Source of the DNA: the human T2T-CHM13v2.0 reference genome, Homo sapiens | Reading direction: 5' to 3' (one strand) | NCBI RefSeq assembly: GCF_009914755.1 | Contig: NC_060929.1 | Length of the DNA stretch: 64,000 nucleotides | Shown here: piece by piece, positions 55,328-64,000 of the stretch | Layout: every line of letters begins with the position of its first letter | Numbering within the stretch: the first letter of the stretch is position 1 | Position numbers and translations under genes: made by a program | The notes under the pieces: generated by a model | The model's input: the letters and a program-made list of their open reading frames with translations, nothing else | Database searches by the model: none | What the model was told of the DNA's origin: nothing

Positions 55328-57586
55328 TAAAGTAGTGATCCCTCAGGGCCCCAGCAGCAAACAGTTGGCACATCAAGGATTGACTTGAAGGGATTTTATG
55401 ACAAGACTATTAGTGAAAGAGTGGGCGGGACTAAAGGAACTAGCAAAGGATGAGGCCAACCAGGGACTAGCAACCCTGGGAAGCCTTTACTACCCCTAGG
55501 CCTGGGGGAATGGGAGGATGAGAGCAGGAACCAGGGAGGTCATGAGCCTTGGACAAGGGCACAGAACAGCAGCCAGAGCCATGTGCAGCCAGCCACTGTC
55601 AGAACCATGCAAGGGGGACCACTCAGCGCCCCAGCCTCCCTCTCAGACAGTTGCCATCTGGGTCTCTTGTTGGCTGATGCGAGAGCAGGAGGGAGCCCAC
55701 TGATGCAGTTCATAGAGCTCAGCCTCCTGGGCAGGAAACCGGGCAGAGAGGAGTAGAAAAGAATTAAGGGTGGCTGCGACCAGCCCAGTCACTGAGGCAC
55801 GTTTCCCACTGGAGACCTATGAGCACAGTGATAATAAAGCCAGTTACCTGCACTGACTATCCCTCCAGACAAAAGCTTTCCCAAGAAGTTAGTCATGGCT
55901 CTGAGAGATCTAGTTGAGGATGTTTGGCAGGGGATCTAGTGGTTATGGGTGGCTAAGAAAAATGAGGAAGGTAAGAGTATCTTGCAGCCTGTGTTGGGAG
56001 GATTAAATAGGATGCCACACACAGGGCCAGGCAGACAGCCTGGTCAGTAATAGCCATGACGATGGGGGCGGGGGGAGCAGGAATGGGAGTTGCAGTGTTT
56101 AGCTCAGATGCATGCCTGTGAGAGATGCTTCCACTCTCACAGAAAGATGAGACCAAGGAAAAGGAGGAGGAAGAGGAAGGACCTTGACAAACCTTGGGGC
56201 CCACATTGTCTACACCTCCCTTCCTGCTCTAGAGCAGAATAGAAAGTTCAGGTTGCAGGCAGCTCTAAGTTGAATTCGTGTCCTGTTTAATTTTCTTTAT
56301 TGCTAAATGAATGCCTGTGTCTGTGATGCTGACGTATGTTCCTAAGGAGAGGGGAGAAGTTCATTCTGAACATAAACTTTTCATCCTCTCTCTGTCCAGC
56401 AAGAATGGAATATTCCCCAAGTGGCCTGAGCCAGCTTGGCTTTCTTTTTGTTTTCAATTATGTGGGAGTTGAGGAGGGGGATGGGAAAAGCTTCCCAAAC
56501 ACACCCTCCCCCAGGCCTGAGGCACCCCTGGGGGACAGAGAGTGTTAGAGGTTGGTACAGGTGTTAGAGATATTGAAAGGACATCCCATGCACCCCAGGG
56601 GCTGGTGTGGCTCTGTACTTCCAGGCAATATTTTGTGGAAGGGGAACCTTGTCAGCTCCAGGTTGTGGATGTTTGAAAATCAGTTGGTACCCAGTGGCTC
56701 CATCCTCTGGCAGGCATGTGGATTTGTCAATAACCAAGTGAACTCTCCAAAATAAGTTAAAACTTCCTCCCTTCTCAGTTTCAAGATGCTGGAAATAGCT
56801 GTTCATAAGCCCTGGGGAAATTTAGCCCTTTGGCTGGTAATGGGAGTATCCGAGATGAGAGGGCAGCTGGAAACTTTCGGAATGACCTCCCACACTTAAT
56901 TTGGGAAATGCCTCTGCACCTTTATGGGCAACCAGATGCCTGCCCCAGTTGCTGGAGACACTGATGTGGGCTGAAAGGAATGCTGAGACGTGACGAGGAG
57001 AGATGCTGCGGAGGGAATATCCCCCTCAGCCCTGACCTCATCGGCTCCATGGCTCCTCCACAGTACAGCTGTCTACTCTTTTAAGTTCTCCCTTCAGGAA
57101 ATAGCCATCTCAAACAGAATGTGCATTTGAGGGCAGAATGTGTAAATATTGCACTACTGTGTTATAACCGTCAGGAGCCATGCTGATGATGAAACGTCCC
57201 AGATGCCGGTGCTGGAAAGGTCCCTGGCTTTCCAAGCAAATATTTATCTCATGGAAACATGAGTCATACTCACAGAGGAGTATGGATTAACTCCTTCTCA
57301 GCAGCCAGGGAGCCCAGCATCCCAGACAGCATATTTAACCCAGAGGCCAACTGACTGCTGGGGCAGATTTGTGGTCATGAACATGTGCTTTGTGTCCTCT
57401 GACCATTAGACAGATTGTGGGTCACAACGTTGAGTATACAGTGGGAGCTTAATAAGTGCTTATTCCCTGGGCAGGGAGTTCTTCATTTCAGGGGTGACCA
57501 CTTACATCTTCTCCTCTGGGCCCTCCTTGACCAGGCTAATTACCATTCTTGGGATTAACTCTATCTCCTTTTCCCGCAACCTGCAG

Positions 57587-57711
57587 GAGATGCCAAGGAA
57601 CTTGCCAACATCCTGAAATACCACATTGGTGATGAAATCCTGGTTAGCGGAGGCATCGGGGCCCTGGTGCGGCTAAAGTCTCTCCAAGGTGACAAGCTGG
57701 AAGTCAGCTTG
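57587..57711 (+). CDS. TGFBI: TGFBI exon 13 (FAS1-4; 125 nt)
   Basis: aacctgcag| [41 protein letters not shown] |gtaagt. Confidence 0.97.
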
Positions 57712-58925
57712 GTAAGTGTCCTGCAAATCAAAGGCTGGCTAAATTTCCCCAGGGCAGGGCTCCAGGACATATCTCACCCCCAGGATGGAATTATACACAC
57801 ACAACCTTCAAGTTGCAGCCCGAATCTCTGAGTGTAATTCGTCCAAAGAAAAAGAGAAAAGAGAAGAGGGTCTTCAGGGAAATCAAGTGAGATCATAGTT
57901 AGACATGAGTAAGAACTTCCAGATTTACAAGGGAATAGAGCATCTGATTTGGCATCTGAGAGAGGCTATTAGATCTTCCTTCTCTTAAGGAGGTTGTAGG
58001 CAACTAGTTATGTGACTGAAGAGATCAGTCTCTACTCACACCATCCCACCCCCCAAACCCAGGGCTTCACTGAGTTGTACCATGAACCAGACCATCCCAA
58101 GAGGCTTTTTGAGTTCTGACACTTGCTCTGTGAGCCTTCCCTTGCTCTGCACATTGATGATATAACTTTGTAACTGCACTAAGAGTGTTCCTAAAGCAGA
58201 TAGCCAGCCGAGCTCCAGAAATCTCCCTGGCTGCACCTGCAGAGGCCACTGACCCCTCTGTGGAGGGACCGCTCTTCAGTGTGTGGCTGGCTTCTACTCT
58301 CTGCTCCTCTCTCTTGGTCTTCAGCCATCCATTGCTCACCAGTTTCTCACGAGGAGCATAGGAAGATATGCATGTAGGGAGGTAGGCACGGGGATGACTT
58401 GTTTGACTTTAGCAGGTCATTCAAGAATCTCCTCGCACCTGGTTTCAGATGCTGGGGTCCTGTCTGTCACAGGCTTCTGTGCCTCCTACCCCCTTGAGTT
58501 TGTCACATGGCCCTTCAGGAAGGCCTGAGATAGATTTGCCCTGGGTGGGCCTCCTATGAGAAAATCTTAAGTGAGGCACCCAGGCAAAATGGAAAGAGCC
58601 TTTTGCCCAGAGCAGGAAGCCTGTCTTCCATTTCCAGCTGTTCCACCTACTTAGCTTAAAAGAGGCACTTCGCCTGTCTTCAGTCTCAGTCTCAGTCTCC
58701 TCTTCTGTGGAATGGGACAATAATATCTACTCTCCTTATCATACACTGCTGTGAGGACTGAGTGGATCACACAAAAAAGCATTATGTAAATTGCAAAGTG
58801 CTAAATCCACACAGGAGATTTGAATTAATCCACCACACTGAAGGTCTGTCAAGGGCAGGGACTGTTTCATTCACCAGAGTATCCCCAGTCTAACACAGGA
58901 CTTGGCATATGAAAAGTGTTCAGTA

Positions 58926-59232
<307 letters not shown>

Positions 59233-59330
59233 GAAAACTGTTCAGTAAACACTTGCTGAATGAATAAAATAAATATATAAATGTATAAATAAATGCTCTA
59301 CTTTCAACCACTACTCTGTTTTTCTTTTAG

Positions 59331-59519
<189 letters not shown>

Positions 59520-59602
59520 TGATGAGAATAACATGTAATTGTGATAGTTAAACTGTGCCTATGTGACTGATTGCAGAGTGAATTGGGAGCTGTTGGTTTT
59601 GA

Positions 59603-60106
<504 letters not shown>

Positions 60107-61159
60107 TGAGCAGCCTCAGGTCCTCTGTTTGGGCCATAGAGGAGCCTCTCCAGCCCCTGTCTTCCTTGGCTGCTCCCCAGGGCTCTCTTAAAACTTCTCC
60201 CCACTCCCACTGAGGCATCCTCAGCCCCAGCCTGTGTCAAATTCAGAGTAAAGAACCAAGGCAACTCCCTGGCTTTCATGGGCCAAAGCGCAGGCTTTCA
60301 CACCGAGGCCTCTGAGCCTCAGATCATGGGGAAGTCACTGCTGGAGAGAACAGACATAGCTCTGGAAGCCATCTGCCCAAGAGGGCAGCCCATCCCAAGT
60401 TCATCTTACAGTGGCCAGGCCTGCCCTGAGCCGGGGCCTCTGGGTCACTCTTCTGCTGTCCATGGCATTGCCCATCCTGGGTGAGGCTGGGGCTCTCCTG
60501 GGCACTGTATGTATTCTGGATACAGGGATACTGGGCTCGCTATGTGTGTGGAGCCATCCCTTCCTTGCCCCAGCCCCACCTCCCTCTCAAACCCTCTCTG
60601 GCTCTTTCTGAGCTTCCTTTCCTGCTCCCCAGCTTGCCCAGTGCTCAGTGCCCCACTTGGCTCTTTTGCTACTTCGGGTCAGGTGGAGCCTCTTGGGAAT
60701 GTGAAGTGCCTTACAGAAAGATTGCACTTCAAGAGGAGAGGCTGCAGGGAGCCATCCTAAACCCAGAGGCCTGGAGCTTACCGTGTCACTTTACTTTTGT
60801 ACACAGGGGTCTCCTTAGTGCCCTCGAGAAGGATTCTTGGCCCTGAGCTTCTACTCCTGAGGCCACCTCTGTGCAGCCCCAGCTCCCTCAACTCTAGGCT
60901 GTAGTCTCAGTGGGAAAGCCTGGCTTGGGGGTCTCCTAGGAATGTCCACCTGAAGGCACACTTGATAGGGGCTTGCACAACTTATGTCTGCCAAGGCCAC
61001 CTGAGGAACTCCCTGGTGCCTATAAGTTCCACCTTCCCCTTCCTCTTCCTCGCCCCAGCATTTTTTCTGAGTAGGGGTGGCAATGGGCAAAGCCATTGTC
61101 ATAAGCAGTTGCAGGTATAACTTTCACTAGAAAACCTGACACCTTGTGTTTTCTTTCAG

Positions 61160-61184
61160 GCTTCCCAGAGGTCTGTGCGACTAG
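61160..61184 (+). CDS. TGFBI: TGFBI exon 16 (25-nt microexon)
   Basis: ttctttcag| ASQRSVRL(A) |gtgagt; needed to keep frame into exon 17. Confidence 0.95.
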
Positions 61185-61682
61185 GTGAGTCTGGTCTGGG
61201 TTTGAAGTCATTGCAGACCTGTTTAGGCCTTACCCCCAAGCAAGCCCAAGCCTGCCATCTGCTGTATATAGATAAGAACATCATGGTGCAGTAAAAGAAG
61301 CCTGGCCTTTGGAGTCAGAACAGCAGGGTGACTTGGGGTCAGACCCAGAGCACCCCATTTCCTTCTCTGTAAGATGAGGATAATAAGAGTAACAACCTTT
61401 TAGGGTTAAGGTGAGTTTTCAGCTTAGGAAGTCTGGGAATATTGCAAAGGGCTTGGCAGGAACCCATGGTGAGGATCTAGTTCCAAGTTGATAGGTACAG
61501 AAAACCAGAACATCGGGCCTTGAGTAAAGAGTGAAGTTTCACAAACCACAAAGCACCTGCTATGTGCAGGAGAGCATGGCAGAAGGAGGCTGCTTGGCCC
61601 TGGTCCTTGAGATTCTGACAGTGTCCTAGACAGACATGGGGAGATCTGCACCTATTTGACGTTACCAACTTCTCTTTTTCAG

Positions 61683-61723
61683 CCCCTGTCTATCAAAAGT
61701 TATTAGAGAGGATGAAGCATTAG
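61683..61723 (+). CDS. TGFBI: TGFBI exon 17 coding part (41 nt including TAG)
   Basis: tctttttcag| PVYQKLLERMKH*; total CDS 2052 nt. Confidence 0.96.
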
Positions 61724-62147
61724 CTTGAAGCACTACAGGAGGAATGCACCACGGCAGCTCTCCGCCAATTTCTCTCAGATTTCCACAGAGACTGTTTGAA
61801 TGTTTTCAAAACCAAGTATCACACTTTAATGTACATGGGCCGCACCATAATGAGATGTGAGCCTTGTGCATGTGGGGGAGGAGGGAGAGAGATGTACTTT
61901 TTAAATCATGTTCCCCCTAAACATGGCTGTTAACCCACTGCATGCAGAAACTTGGATGTCACTGCCTGACATTCACTTCCAGAGAGGACCTATCCCAAAT
62001 GTGGAATTGACTGCCTATGCCAAGTCCCTGGAAAAGGAGCTTCAGTATTGTGGGGCTCATAAAACATGAATCAAGCAATCCAGCCTCATGGGAAGTCCTG
62101 GCACAGTTTTTGTAAAGCCCTTGCACAGCTGGAGAAATGGCATCATT

Positions 62148-62155
62148 ATAAGCTA
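62148..62155 (+). promoter_or_regulatory. miR-21-5p 8mer seed match in 3'UTR
   Basis: ATAAGCTA is the complement of miR-21-5p nt 2-8 plus A1; function not shown by sequence. Confidence 0.6.
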
Positions 62156-62295
62156 TGAGTTGAAATGTTCTGTCAAATGTGTCTCACATCTACACGTGGC
62201 TTGGAGGCTTTTATGGGGCCCTGTCCAGGTAGAAAAGAAATGGTATGTAGAGCTTAGATTTCCCTATTGTGACAGAGCCATGGTGTGTTTGTAAT

Positions 62296-62340
62296 AATAA
62301 AACCAAAGAAACATACGTCCTGTGTGCATGGTACAGTGTG
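62296..62340 (+). terminator. Polyadenylation signal AATAAA with downstream GU-rich element
   Basis: AATAAA at 62296-62301; upstream TGTA motifs; downstream GTCCTGTGTG...GTGTG at about 62317-62340. Confidence 0.85.
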
Positions 62341-63409
62341 CTGACCTGAGGCCGTCATGCTCCTCCACACCTCAATTCTGCTCTGGAGAAGCTCAGAAAG
62401 GAGCCCCGAGGGATGGTTTTGGGGAGATTCCAGCAGCCAGCCCTCAGACAGCCAGACAGCTCATGGGGGTTTGAGCCTGTCTTTGCCAAACAGGTTTTTA
62501 TTTCACCCTCCTCCGGTCCTGGGGTTTCAAGTTTTCAGTGTTGCCTTCACCCCGCACTTTATTCCTCTTATTACTTGGAAGTACCTTCCCTCCAGCATGG
62601 TGATCCCCTGCCTGTGTGCTGGACTTTTGAGTCCTCAGCACCAACCTGTGAAGTGGTTGCCAGCATAATCCCATTATGCAGATGAGGAGACCAAGGCCCA
62701 GGGAAGGGAGAACCACCAGCAGCACGTAAAATAGCTGAGCTGGGACTGGAACTCACACCTCCTGACTCTCAGTGACCACCACTGACAACAGCATAAGTCC
62801 AGGTTTTCCAGGCCCATCCCCTCTGTGCCAACCCACATTCAGGTTCCTTCCCCGGCTCCCGTAATCTCTGGCATCTAGAATATCCTCAGGACTCTGAGAG
62901 GTGGTATCATGTGGTTGTGGTGCCATTGCCCCCTACCTGTGTGGCCTGGGGCCAGTCATGTGACCTCCCAGGGTCTCCTCTTCTGTAATAGGGAGATGAC
63001 CGTCACATCTACTTCATGGGTCCATCGTGAGGATGAAATGAGATGATCTATATAAAATGCTTGGTACAACATTAGGTGGCCTTATTTTTATCCTGCCGTC
63101 TGGGACTGCTCAGGATCAATGCGCCAGAGAGCCTTTATTTGTGTCTTTCCCACAGGTGGGCTGGCCCACTTTCCTAGAGAATGGGACAGACCTCCTTCCC
63201 ACCCACACCCATCTCTGCCAAGGCTGATTCACTCCAGCAGGCGGAGCTCATTTCACTTCATGGAACCAATGACCCAAAGATATATCCCCAGCACTACTGC
63301 TGGTCAGTCCACTGCTGCTGGGAATACAGCAATGGTAGTGGCAGACAGAGGCCCTCTCTTAAATAGCTTCCAGTCTGAGGAAAGAGAGATATGACATCAA
63401 TCCATTAAA

Positions 63410-63750
63410 ATCATTCATCCATTGGTTCCACAAATATTTGTTGAGGGCTACCTATGTGCACCCCCATGTTAGACCCTGGGGAATAGACATGTCATTCTCA
63501 TGAGGCTTCTCTACTGATGGGGGGGAAGAGAATTGTCAACCAGATAATGGCACTACAGCCTGTGTGTTCTTAGTGACTCTGAGGATAGCACTGTGGTTCT
63601 GTGACAGATAATGAAGGATTTGGAAGCAGGAATGCCCAGGAGCTCCCAGAAGTGGGAAGAGATGAGAGGAATGGAAGGAACTTACCTGAAGGTGAAGGCA
63701 TCAGGCTAGGGGACCAAGGGAGAAGGTGTCCTGAGAGGTAAGGCTTAACC
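63410..63750 (-). mobile_element. L2 3' fragment downstream of the gene
   Basis: tcattcatccatt...caaatatttgttgagggctacctatgtgc... Confidence 0.55.
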
Positions 63751-64000
63751 TTGGGTGTGAATTCAGTTCCCGTCACTCTCCCATAGCTCTGTCCTGCTGT
63801 TCCCACCTCCCCTGCAGCCATGCGGGCTTGGGCGGCTAGTGAGGGCCTTGCTCATGCTGGGTATCCTATGCTATGCTTCACTTTGAGCACCTAAAATACA
63901 CACACTGCACTTTACCAAGATGACCTCGGAAACCAAAGAGGTGATCAGCATAAGTTTTAAAGACCCTTAAATTTAAAGTAAAAATCACTACAGGATCCAT

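Overview
Eukaryotic, primate-type genomic DNA (Alu, L1, L2, MIR, MaLR LTR and DNA-transposon relics), recognisable as the human TGFBI locus (transforming growth factor beta-induced protein, BIGH3/keratoepithelin). Bases 1-~27,300 are repeat-rich upstream sequence with no credible protein-coding gene. A GC/CpG-rich promoter precedes the ATG at 27554. Seventeen + strand coding exons, all with GT-AG boundaries, splice to a 2052-nt CDS (683 aa: signal peptide, Cys-rich EMI/CROPT region, four FAS1 domains, RGD). The CDS ends at TAG 61721-61723 and AATAAA lies at 62296-62301. Almost all listed ORFs are chance, repeat-derived or antisense-shadow ORFs. I found no new protein-coding or prokaryote-style system. 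The best second-look items are non-coding: a hairpin-containing tandem duplication near the branch-point zone of exon 12; exon 15/16 phase logic allowing RGD-less or alternative C-terminal isoforms; a 66-bp dispersed duplication; a twin-primed L1; stacked Alu insertions; and a miR-9 seed match abutting the poly(A) signal. Repeat subfamily names come from recalled consensus sequences and need RepeatMasker/Dfam confirmation.
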